From: Rotaria socialis
Lineage: Eukaryota
Reading direction: 5' to 3'
Length of the DNA stretch: 64,000 nt
Assembly (NCBI GenBank): GCA_905331295.1
Contig: CAJNYD010000214.1
Span: forward strand, 62,001-126,000
Shown: in pieces, positions 52,165-64,000 of the stretch
Layout of the letters: each line of letters opens with the position of its first letter
How positions within the stretch are numbered: the first letter of the stretch is position 1
Made by a program: the position numbers and the translations under genes
The notes under the pieces: model-generated
What the model was told of the DNA's origin: nothing
Database searches by the model: none
The model's input: only the letters and a program-made list of their open reading frames with translations

Positions 52165-52815
52165 ATGGCCGAACATGTAGACAGCAACCAACTTAATGAT
52201 GATGTTCGTTATCGGTTCGAATATTTATCGAAATTTTTAAGCTTTACATCCGATGATATAACTATGCTTAATGATTTTGCATTAATACTCTCTCCCCGTA
52301 TTCCCGTTATTACAGATACTGTTTATAGAAAATTATTTTCGTTCGATATAACAAAACATTATTTTATTATGCGTAATCATGATTTTGACCATTCGTCGAC
52401 AAGTCATGAAAAAAATTTAACATTAGAATCTGCACAAATGACATTTCGTAAGGATATGTTAAGTAAGTATTTAAAACGTATATTTACAGAAAAAGAATGG
52501 AATGATACATTTCTTCAATATCTTTTTCAAATTGGACGCATACACACAAATCAAGCTGGTTTAACGTCAATTAATGTTGATTATATCCATATAAATGCTT
52601 TACTTGGTTATTTAGAAAGTTCATTAATAGAGATTATACTGAATGCAGAAAATCTCGATGAAATAACCAAGCGTGCTATGATACTTGCAATTAACAAATT
52701 GTTTTGGATTCAAAATGACTTTTTCTCAATGAATTTTCTAGCAGAATCGAAAAATAATTCATCAGCACGAGATAAAAATATAAAAACTCCGCCATCGTGT
52801 TGTTTATTGAGTTGA
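52165..52815 (+). CDS. Protoglobin-type globin, copy 4, with C-terminal tail ending CCLLS
   Basis: VYRKLFSFDITKHYF, RKDMLSKYL, IGRIH, VDYIHINAL, NKLFWIQNDFF; uninterrupted ORF. Confidence 0.9.
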   Translation: MAEHVDSNQLNDDVRYRFEYLSKFLSFTSDDITMLNDFALILSPRIPVITDTVYRKLFSFDITKHYFIMRNHDFDHSSTSHEKNLTLESAQMTFRKDMLSKYLKRIFTEKEWNDTFLQYLFQIGRIHTNQAGLTSINVDYIHINALLGYLESSLIEIILNAENLDEITKRAMILAINKLFWIQNDFFSMNFLAESKNNSSARDKNIKTPPSCCLLS

Positions 52816-55223
52816 TTATCAAATTTTTATTCTTCTGTAAACATATTTCAGCATTCGTCTTTCAATATAAACTTTTAATAAAACGAATGGCTAAGAATTA
52901 AAATAAAAGACAGTTTCTTACTACTCATAAGATTATCCGATCAAAGTTTAGGCGAAGATAGATTGTCGTTCATGTTTTCTAAATGCTACAATGACAATGA
53001 CATTAGCATTTACAGTCAAGTCTTATCTAATTATAGAAGCTGGTAAATACAGATGGCAAAGTATTTTTATGATTTATTAATGTTGTGCTTTAAAAAAGCA
53101 GAAGTGAAAACCGTACAAAATTGAATTACACTCGTAAAAGTTCGCTATTACTAATGACGTGAATCAGGCAACACGATATTTTGTTGAGTACTTTTAAGCA
53201 TTGGAAAAATGTTTGAGTGTTATTGCGTAGGGAGAATGAATTAATTTTATCAAAAAATAAATAATTAAATCGAACGTCTCATTCATTATAACCTACGGAG
53301 ACGTATATTATTCCAAGATCGTTTACATAATGAGAAAAATATTTAAAATAATATGTTCTTCAAAAAGACATCCACGTTTTAGCCTAGGAAATAGAAAAAT
53401 TGAATGCACAAACATTGTGATGACATGAGAATTTCTGGCACAATGTTCATGATCTATTTTTAAGCTTTTACAAGTATGAAATAAATATTTGGATTATTAA
53501 AAACTCCAGAGGCATTTCCGGAAATGAAAAGAGTTACGGAATCTATTTAGGCCATTTCCGACTTTTGAAAGTGCTTTAAGATTCACAAGGATGTTAGAAT
53601 CTGAAATAAGTCGAGATCTACATAAGTGTCTGATTCCTTCCCTAAGCTGAAAATCTATTTTGAACGGTTTCCGGGATAGTCTCAATTCAGATATTTTGCA
53701 CAGTATATACAGAAAACCATTCAAATTCCGGCTAGTACATGATCAGGAAATTAATTCTATAAGAAATTCCTTGATTTGTTATAATAGTATATCGAGTCAA
53801 GTTGCCATCCATATCTTTTCCGACTAGGCCAATTTTCTACGCTCATTACCCTGGACAATCACATTGTTTTACAATTCAAGGTGTCGTCAACAATCATAAT
53901 TTGCAAGACCGCATCAATCTATAGAATTTAGACATAAAATGCATTGCTATTCAATTGTCGTATGGGTAGTTTTTTTTTTCGTGCAATTCGGCTGAGAGCA
54001 TTCATAGACCAATAGATAATTCGTCGAAAATGATATAATAAAGATATAGGATACAAAAACCTATGAGCGAAAAATGAAAAATGATTGAATCATAACTGTA
54101 TATGTTGCATAGAACACAGTTTATCTGTAGTAGATCTTGTGATATATAAGAAAATTTCTGTTTTGTTGCTATACGCATAGACATCAAAAATAAAATCATG
54201 CTAATGTGTGTAGCATTGCCTATAGTGAGAGAATCTCTTAATTTAATTTGAGTTCGCACTCATCGGCGAATACATTCTCTAAAAAGAAAGATGCATCTAA
54301 CTTCACTGACAGTGCCTCGTATCTTAAGACAACAAGCAAAAAAAAACATATTTTTCGGTCACCTAAATCTTGGAACGTAAAACTTATTCATTAGGTTATG
54401 TATACTCAATGTCAGAATAGCGTGAATTAACAAGAGAGAAAAAAAGGTATTTTTATTATAAAATTTGACACCAACAAAACATTTCTCAAACATGCACGTG
54501 AAAAACAATAGTGTATGCTTTGTATTCAAGCACAATACAACAGCGTGTTACAAATGAATGGCCTCCTTGACGTATTGATCGCCATTGTAACGGAACAAAG
54601 TAAGCATAAATAATTTTCATTACCATACTCCTATTGCTTTTCTCACGAACACGCTATCAATAATTGACTTTTATAATACAATGTGCAATTAATGGATTTT
54701 TTATTTCTTAGGTTCACCTAAAATAATATCAGTAAAATCAATTCAGAGCGATTGAATAATCGAAGAAAGAATCCAGTGATATTGGTTTTCTGTTTCATTG
54801 CTGATTTTCTCCGTAAGCATATCTCGAATTAGAACAGTCTACTCGTGAATAGAGAGCATTGTTGCAGTATTTCATCGGTGTATGACTATATTTCAATAAT
54901 TGTAAAAATCGATATTCATATTTCTTCGTTCGTTCTATTAGCTGAGTCTAGGAATCTAGCGCACGAAATTAAAAATTCATATTTTTTAGTTTGAAAGATG
55001 CAATTAAAACAACAATGTATATCTAGTGATGGTATATTATTAAAATACAGTACGATTTGTTAGAGTAGGAATTTGCTTGTGAAAAGACAACCATTTGTAA
55101 TAATAATGATTTGTAGCAGATCATGCAATCATTCATCTGTGTATATTGGACTTAAAATATGTGATTATCTTTTGAATCTAACTAATGAACTGATGAATAG
55201 GTTTTAGTGGAATTTGGATAGTA

Positions 55224-56542
55224 AGAAATTGGGCTATGTCCGATTTCCACTAGAATTTCGAATATTGTACAAATCCCGTCGGGAATTTCGACAATTTGAA
55301 AAATAGTAGAAACTAATATATTTGGTTGAAACACACATTCCCCTTCATTTATCGGTTAATACAAAGCTAAGAGTTACTATAGAAATATTCTTAAGTATTA
55401 CATTTTGAGGGTACGGGTGTTATGAACGGCAATGGTTATACCTACCCGCATATCCTAGTCGTATCACTTGGAATATTCATCTACGTCAGCCATGGCCATA
55501 GAATTTTAGTTTTATAATAATGTTTTGCTCAACTCGATTATTTAATGCATACCACTTATTAATTATCATCATACTACTGGTTAAAATTCTATCCCTAGCA
55601 GAAGTATGAGAAAAACAACAATGCACAATGCGAGATTAAACCGCTATTTACTGCAGACATCATTGCTTTTCTATATTTTCTTGCGTCGACATTTTCACAG
55701 TACACTATTCTTGCAATGTAAGGATTTGCAGTGTTAACCAAATTGATTGATCTTGCTCGGATCAAACGATCACTTTCACTGAAACCGAGAAACTAATCAT
55801 TTAAAGTATTAACTTTTTATGGTACAACTGGGGACACTGCTTTGAATTTCTTAGTGAATTTTCTCTATGCAATTCCACTTTCTCAGAAAAATCATATTTT
55901 CGAATTTCGATCTAAAAATTTGTATACATGAAGACCTCGGCAAACGTAGCTTACAGAAATAAAATTCAGAATTTTCGCACACACACTCTCCAAACCAAAG
56001 TACGAGCCTTTCAAAATATATTACTTCTATTGAAAAGCGCTAATATCTTGAGGGATCCATACTTTGGAGAGGGTGGGTGCGAACATTCTGAATTTTATAC
56101 GTATAAGCTACTCTTGGCGAGGTCTTTATGTTAACAAAAAGTTTTAGGTCAAAATTCGAAAATATAATTTTGCTGAGAGCGTGGAATTGTGTAGAGAAAA
56201 TTCACTAAGAAAGTCAAAGCTGTGTCCTCAGGTGTACCATAAAAAGTTAATACTTTAAATGATTATTTTCTCGGTTTCAGCAAAAGTGATCATTTGATTC
56301 GAGCAAGATCAATCAATTTGGTTAACACTGCAAACCCCTACATTCTGAGCTTTTTATTAACCGATAAATGACGGGAATGTGTGTTTCAACCAAATATATT
56401 AGTTTCTGCTGTTTTTCAAATTGTCGAAATTCCCACAGAGTTTGAACAATTGCGGAAAATCGACAACATTTTACAACTTCCAGTGAAATTTGGGCAATAT
56501 TTGAAATTCTAGTGAAAATCGGACATTGTCCAATTTCCTGGT
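55224..56542. mobile_element. ~1.3-kb foldback MITE with a ~345-bp extra segment in the left arm
   Basis: 55224..55371 pairs with 56345..56538 and 55716..55953 pairs with 56101..56344. The right arm is contiguous; the left is split by 55372..55715. Confidence 0.75.
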
Positions 56543-58325
56543 GAATGTAAGCATATTCTTTCCTAGTAGTATTTCAATTAGATTCTTTGTAATTCCTAGT
56601 TACTTGGACTTTCATTCTCTTTCAAACTATATAACATGAACTTTTGATTTTGTGCAAAACCTTCGCCCGCCCCCCCCCCTTCCCATATTATTGCTATTAT
56701 CGTTTAAACTGTTTAAAAAAGTTAACGCTGTTCTTGATGCGTTGAAGCGATAATCAAGAAAATGATATATTTTAGCGTAATGGTCCATCATTTAGATAGT
56801 CTAGTTCGTAAAATTTAGATTTTTTTTCTGTCCTTCACAAGTAATGACGACGATGAATATTTTGTCTTCAAAAATTGACTCATTACTTGATTCTAGGTGA
56901 ATCTAATGTATAATAAAATAATATCGTTCAGTGGAACTGCAATCAAGGTTTCTCTGGAACTACACAGTTGCGCTTTGCATTGATAAATAAACTAGTCAGA
57001 ACACAATAACTTGTAGAACTTATAATTAAAAACTATGACAAAACGAATGACATTGTAAGAGGTTATACGATGAAAGAAAGTCGAGTGTTTTTAACTTAAT
57101 ATCACCTTAACATGGGCACGCTCGTCTATAACTCAGTCTAAATATAGAAAGATTCTATTTTAATTCATGGCTATGCTTTTAAATATATTAAAAACTAGTC
57201 TCATCATTACAGACATTGTTAAACATAAATACACTTCAATGAGAAACATAATCTCCGTTGTATTATAAAGTCGTTTGTTCTTTTTGATTTCAAATATTCT
57301 TATTTAGAAATCAATTATTTAATACAATGCATCGATGAATACTTGAAAATATGGTTATTATGAATGGCATAATCATAATAAAGTCTAAGCAATCTTGGAA
57401 ATTTAAAAGAATACAAGTCATAGGTTCATCATGACATGAGGTCACTGACAATTACTCTGTATTCTAAATATAAATAGGCTTCTTTCATACCAATATATTC
57501 AATCAAGAATCTGATGTAAAAAAATCACTTTCATATCTCATCCTATCTTTCACTACAATGCTTAGCTTAATGCATCAGACAAACTTTGCGGACAATTTTT
57601 ACAAAAACAATATTCCATACTGAATCATTGTGGAATTTTCTAGATAAACTTATTCGATCATTTTTATCTGTTTTAGAGATTGATTTTTTTTCAGATGCTT
57701 TCTGTGAATCTATAACTAACTTTTCATTGTTATTGATGTATCATCCTTGAAACAACAATTTTCCAAAGATCTTACATTAGTAAGTAGACTAGTTTCGATC
57801 TAGATTGAAAGCATCATTAGATGATTTTGTCTGAAGGATGACTAGAATTAAGCACTTATTTAAATGAACAACATCTTCTGTTATTTTTTTCCTGTCGTGA
57901 TTTTCTTGTAACATGTCTAATAAATAATCGCGCTTGAATTTGTAAATATCTATACGTATATGATTTCATAGTTTATTTTTGATTAACTCTAGGCTGACAT
58001 ACAGCTCTTTTTTTTAATGTTTATACACGTGCAGGATTGTTAATCTTCTTCTCCTCTTTTTTTTCTCTAAGTAAATGAATCAACTGGTTTTTCCGTCTCC
58101 TGATATTCAGCAATGGTTGACAACTTGATTTGTCTATAATGATACGGATGTTATTGATATTAGCTAGGGACCCTTGTATAATATTCAGTTCGAATTGCTA
58201 TTCTTATTGGAAAAGACAGTATCATTGAGTACTTTTAATTGTATGCAAAAAAGAAATGTTTCTTGAATAAAAACAATTAATCACCATAAATATTAATAGG
58301 AATCATTAGTGAATAGTAAATGTTT

Positions 58326-58927
58326 TTAATGTTGTGCTTCGCACAGCATTCATGTAGTCTGTCGCGTGTTGTTTTGTACTTGACGCGTGCGCATCAAAAT
58401 AGTCATTTTGCTGCGCGATGATCTCGAGAACCAAAAACCATAGAAAAGTTATTCGAACTAGAGGTGAAAGTATGAATATTGAACTTGTGATATTTGTTTT
58501 CAAAATTTTAATACGATGTTCTGTTTGCTCAGAAATATCCTCCCAACATGACGATTTAGAAAGCTTTCACGATAATTAAGATGACGTCATCCATAGTTGT
58601 TAACCAATAGTCTATTGCTTTACATCTGATTCAAGATAATGATTCATGAAAATCATTCATCGTTCAATGAAAAGAATCGTTAGAAAATTGGTTGTTACAT
58701 TTTCAGAGAGATCTCCTAGTGATGAATTTCAAAATGGTCGATTTAAGAATAGTGAATGCGAAATTTTTATTCAGAATTCGTATGCAGAAATTTAAAAAAA
58801 ATCGATTCTAATGAATCGGAAAGTGGATCATTTATTTTTTAAATCTTATTCTCGCTACTTTCGAAAATTCGGCTTGTGTGCTTCGCACCGCATTTCGTAG
58901 TCGAGTGAAACTCGAATACCATCTAGT
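58326..58927 (+). mobile_element. Non-autonomous Helentron/HINE-like element, full-length copy 3
   Basis: 5' hairpin atgttgtgcttcgcacagcat; body near-identical to 37901..38451; 3' hairpin and CTAGT; T-runs on both flanks. Confidence 0.82.
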
Positions 58928-60493
58928 TTTGCTAAGAATCTTTTTCTTTTGGTTTTGCATAGAAACAGATTTTGTCAAAAACTCAAATTGAAAGCTAATG
59001 ATGACAGTTTCTAATCATATGAGATTATAATTCGATTAATTAGTTGTGCTGTATCATTCCTTATGGAATTAGATATACGATGTAATATCAGAAGGACTAT
59101 CATAGCAAAGATTTGATATCTTACCAGACTCGATAGTATTCATTACAACCTCAAGCAGCTGCCTATAATTTTCTCCAACTCATGCACTATAACTATTATC
59201 GAAATAGAAGATTTTTCTATAATAATTTGTTCGGTTTTATTTATTTGCATAGTTTTACAATATTAATAATTAATTTGTGTCACATGGGAATCCATAAAGA
59301 GATAACGGATTTCTTTCATGAACATCTATATTTATATTGAACAGTTCCTTAAATATTTTCTTTTTGCTTATAGCGATCAGTTTATTTCCTGCTTTTCAAA
59401 TATGAGTTAATTACTATTTGGTATTAATAGCATTGAATAATATCACGTCTTGTATTTATTACATTTTCCGTGAGATTTTCAGATCTATCCCGACGAGAAG
59501 TGCCTTCTTTCATGTGAAACGTAGTCCCGGAGATGCTTCAAAAGCCCTTCTGACTTCTTGAGCACCATAAACATATCTGTTTGCTTAAATAAACGCATTA
59601 TATTAAGAAAATATCGATACATGAAGGATACACCGTTTGTTTTCATGTGAAGTATTTGTTTATTTTTATCATAAATAATGGCGTGTTCTGTTGGCACGGT
59701 TTAGTATCATTTTTTGTAACAATTTATAACTTCAGATTCAATAATAAAAGAATATCTTGATATATAACTGTCATAATCTTCGGTGCCCTTTTTCTTCCAA
59801 ATATATATTTTCATATATTCAGAAATCCAACCCTTATGTGTGACGAAGTAAAACGGCTACACACCCACAAGATTACCCACGAGAGAGAAATACGTCAAAG
59901 GAAAAAATTAAAAAATGCGCATTTATGACCGACATACACTCGTGAGGAGGATCTACATGTATGAAGTAAATTGATACTAAATAAGGATTAAAGAGTCGAG
60001 AGAAAAAAGTTCTATCGTAAGAAAATAGTCGCGTGTCTATTACATTTTATATTAGCCAAATGAATATCTGGCTTTTTCTTTATATTGTGACAATTCTGAT
60101 TTTGGAACGTCATACAGTTGTCAACAGAAATATATATATTTTTATGTCGAGTAACAAATAGGCATGTCTGAATTCTTTCCATTGGAAGATTTCGTGTTTA
60201 AATGATTACGTTAAACTAACATGATGTTTGTAAGTTGTTTATATGCTGTAAATGTCCTATTCAATTGAGTTTGTTTATATAATATTCATTATTTTCATGT
60301 ACGATAATTTTGACGGACAGCTCGTTTATATTTTCATCTAAATATAGTAAGATAAAGTAGTAAAATCTAAAAGAAGTAAAGCGCAATAACGAGTTTAACT
60401 TCTTTAAAATGTAAAAACGAATTAATACTTTTATTTGTTTCAATTATAGGGTGGTTTATAAGAAAGTTAATAAGATAATGCTGTGATTTTAGA

Positions 60494-60962
60494 GGTTAGG
60501 CCTCGTTTCGTCGAAAGTCTAATTGATTTTCTTGTTCCGTCGAAAAAATGAATCCTAATTAATTGATGAAAAATAGAATATATTAATTGATAAGATGCTT
60601 TCCCTACTAATCAAAAGTACTGCTTGATCAGGTGAAGATAATTTTATCTCGGGTATAACGGAAATCATCGAGAAGTAATGTAGATTTTTTACGCTTACTT
60701 TCAACAATAGTTGTCATTATTCTTTATTTAAATTAAATATAGCATAAACAGAAAGATTAAACATCTCCTTATATGTATATATATTTTTTTTCTTTTGCTG
60801 TAATAACTTGAGCGTTTCAATCAATTTATTTAGAAAAAGAACATTTTAAGACAATCAGAACACTTAATATGACCCCTTTGAGTTTAGCTCATATTATTAC
60901 AATTTCATTTTTTCGACGAAACAAGAAAATCAATTAAGCTTTCGAGGAAACGAGAATACACC
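60494..60962. mobile_element. Mutator (MULE)-like MITE
   Basis: GG..CC termini, ~55-bp imperfect TIR, perfect 9-bp TSD gattttaga (60485..60493, 60963..60971). Confidence 0.85.
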
Positions 60963-61141
60963 GATTTTAGATCATGTAGGATGTAATTTGCCTTAAAATC
61001 AACTTAAGTAGAGAATTCATCATTCCCAACAAGATGAAATATACGACATTAAACTTGCTTTCAGTATTTATTGTTAATATTATTTGTGTTCCGTTTTAAA
61101 TAACAAAGCTAATCATCATAATAATTATCTTAAGCACATTT

Positions 61142-61934
61142 GCTTTACAGGATTTACTGTCCACGGATTTACTGTTTATTGATCGTTTTTCTTAGAAAAT
61201 TGTTTTTTTTCTACAGAAAGTATAAATTTTGCTGCTGAGGATTTACTGTCCATTGATTGAATGACTTTTTTTTTCGAATTAGCATTTTTCTCGTTCGAGG
61301 ATTTACTGTCCGTTGATTGCCTCGAAGAATACAAATGAACAGGAAAATATTTATCGCAATCAATTATGTATATTTAGAAAAAAAGAATTCAAGCAAATAT
61401 ATGAGGAAATAACAAAGAGAATAAGGAATTGATTAATGAATAAACCAAAAAAGGTGAATGGACGTTCAACTTTTAGGTGGACGCTGAAAATATCTAAGTC
61501 CAGCAGCTTTTAGGAATGATGGAATATCGATAATCGAGGTAGCAGAATTGTCGTTTACCATGAGTAGATTCAGTAAATATAGCGGACATTTTTAGAAAGA
61601 GTATGATAAGAAAATTATGTTCTTTGAACTTATATATATTTTTTATAATTGATTGTCACATTAATGACTATCTTACCCCTCAATTTAATGAGCATCCGTC
61701 ATTTTAAATTGAAAATGTATTCAATAGTTCGCTCATTGGCGACTTTTTGTTTTTCAACATTTATGTAACTTTTTGTTCAGAAAAGGAATTGGCTGTCAAG
61801 ACTATTACTCATTTATTTATTTATCTTCGAAGCAATTAGTGGACAGTAAATCCTCATATAAAAATAGTGTTAATTGGAATCATATTTTTCCAATCAATGG
61901 ACAGCAAATCCGTGGACAGTAAATCGTGTACATG
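61142..61934. mobile_element. MITE with 8-bp TSD and subterminal ggatttactgtcca repeats
   Basis: TSD gcacattt (61134..61141, 61935..61942); the motif is repeated forward on the left and as ggacagtaaatcc on the right. Confidence 0.8.
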
Positions 61935-63925
61935 GCACATTTATAGTTCAATTCGAAAAAAAAACTTTTTTTCTTGCAATAAGATCATTGTCTAGTTTCT
62001 TTTTTCACCGAAAACTAAAATAAAAAATGTCGGATATAATTGATATCAAGGAAATACACTGAAAAAACTTCTTTCAATAGAATCTGATTTTTAGTCTATT
62101 ATGAAACATTAATTATTGATTAGTTCGTTTCGTCGGCAAATAATAATTATTTAAAGCATCGATTTTTCAATCGTATCATTTGCTTCTTCTTTTTTTATTG
62201 AGATAAAATATTTATATTCAATCATAGTTGACGAAACATTTCTATCCATCTCTCGAGATCCTGTTTGTCTATAAAGAATTCTAGTGGCTAGATGTAGATC
62301 TGAAAGAAGAAGAAGAAAAACAAAATCAAGAAATCTAGCTTATCTTATTGCCTAAATTTGTTTCGCTGACTGGAAATTTAATGGTTTTGACTTGATCGAT
62401 TGTGTCTATAAGAAATCACAATCGTGTTTTTTTATTCTACATTATTCTCGTACCCTTTTTTCTTGTCTACTTCTCCTATCGACATTTGTATATACGACCG
62501 ATTGGATGATATTATAAAAATTAATAGACGATAGAATACTACTGACATTATCAGCCATCGATGGCGGCGTGCTAGACATGTTGATTTTTGCTTTATTTCG
62601 GATTACATAGGAGTATCTAGCAAGAGTAAGTATGAATGAGTGGATTCGTTCCATTATCTTTTTGCTATTTATTAAGAAAAAAAATTGAACTGAAAATTTT
62701 TCATCTGGTAACACGTGATATCCTTCGAATCCGATTTTTGCTTGACGTTTTGCTGTCGACTAAATAGAGAGTTTGCTTTTCAAATCAATATTTCTACATA
62801 AAACATAGAGATTATATCAATTCATTTAATTAAAAGAAATCAACAGCTATTATTTTGTTTTCCTTTCGTATTCATGGCAGAAAAATGGTCTTTTTCCTTG
62901 TAGTACTATAAAAACAATAAAAAAGAAGATAAATAAATATTTGATCAATAATAGTTTAGTTTGAAGAAAAGTTGTCATAGTCTGATAGTAGCACGAGAAA
63001 CCATTATTTATATATAGAAATACGAGCGTTAAGAAATATGCTTTTTTGAGCATTAAACGTGATAACAAACAGCTATATTGTAGATTCTCATGGAAGAAGA
63101 GTAAGGAAATTATAAACATTTCTTGACAGGAACTGACGTGTTGATAGTTTTCCAACAAGCATAGAAACTTGGTAGAGGATTAACAAAAGAAAAGTGAAGA
63201 TTTGAAATAGAAATAAATGAGTCCCGGTTATTATTATGCATGACAATGTTAGAAAGCAATCTATTTTTGGATTTCATCTGAGCTAGTGATACTTTTTTTC
63301 TAGCACTCAATATCATTTTATAATGTCACAAAAGCTAGGAAGTTTGAATTAGAGGACACTCACATGTTTCTAATACATTTTTTATGCCAGAAAAAAGTAA
63401 CAAATGGTGTGGTAAATATAAGAAAATGAGAAAATAATATTAAATTTCATATTCAACCATGAGGAAAAAATTTCTAATCTCCTAGAAAAGAAAAGAATTG
63501 TTTTGTCGCATTGAATTAAAATAAAAGTCTTATTAAATTTCATGCTTTCTTTCTTCTTGAACTTTTATTAGATTCTATTAACGTTGACTTTTTCTATATT
63601 AAAGTCAGATATTTTTATAGCTCTAAAATAGACCTACATAATTTATCGGTTGAATAACGCAATAGTCATTGTTCAGGCGGAAATTCTGATATATAAAAGT
63701 ATTTCATGTATGCTCTCTTTTTTTTCTTCTTTCTATACTTTTCACGTTCAGTGAAAGCGGATAGAACGCTTTGCACTTATTGTTTCTATCGTTTTTTCTT
63801 TTTCTTTCTCTCTGGGGTTCTAATAGCGAAAAACAAAATGTAAAGAAGATATTTTGGTTTTAAGAAAAATACAACAAAGAAAATATTAGTTAGAACTGTT
63901 TTTTGCTTTGTTTTACAGTTTCAGA

Positions 63926-64000
63926 ATGGCCGAACACATCGACAAAAATCGACTTGATACTGATCTTCGTTATCGTTTCGAGTATTTATCGAAATTTTTA
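63926..64000 (+). CDS. Protoglobin-type globin, copy 5 (first 25 codons; runs off the right edge)
   Basis: MAEHIDKNRLDTDLRYRFEYLSKFL matches the N-termini of copies 2-4; absent from the ORF track because it is truncated. Confidence 0.88.
   Translation, partial: MAEHIDKNRLDTDLRYRFEYLSKFL

Noticed and set aside
59485..59800. Possible decayed coding segment on the minus strand
   Set aside because: Contains stops and no motif I can recognise; cannot be supported without a search.
61142..61934. Spaced ggatttactgtcca repeats resembling a CRISPR array
   Set aside because: Irregular spacing, inverted orientation at the far end, a TSD and no cas genes; these are MITE subterminal repeats.
1..64000. 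tRNA, rRNA, telomeric repeats, intact transposase or reverse transcriptase ORFs
   Set aside because: None recognised by eye; tRNAscan-SE and Infernal would be needed to exclude small RNAs.

Overview
AT-rich eukaryotic DNA with many short (~50-65 bp) GT-AG introns. By inference it resembles a bdelloid rotifer genome. The left third (1-21.5 kb) is compact housekeeping sequence: the 5' end of a sterol O-acyltransferase, an unknown two-exon gene, a mitochondrial-type valyl-tRNA synthetase, a calmin-like CH-domain/tail-anchor gene, CHTOP and an unknown basic protein. From ~22 kb the window is gene-poor and rich in non-autonomous DNA transposons (hAT-, CMC-, MULE-, piggyBac-, Helentron- and Sola-like). 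It holds a small 4-TM gene and a PIP5K pseudogene broken by nested MITEs. The most notable feature is a co-oriented array of at least five protoglobin/globin-sensor-type single-domain globins with uninterrupted coding regions. The copies have diverged: two carry C-terminal CaaX-like lipidation tails and one has the proximal heme His replaced by Tyr. A 4.1-kb Sola-like element with ~950-bp near-identical arms, each carrying the same nested 82-bp MITE, ends ~200 bp upstream of globin copy 3. All calls are by eye; no database searches were run.
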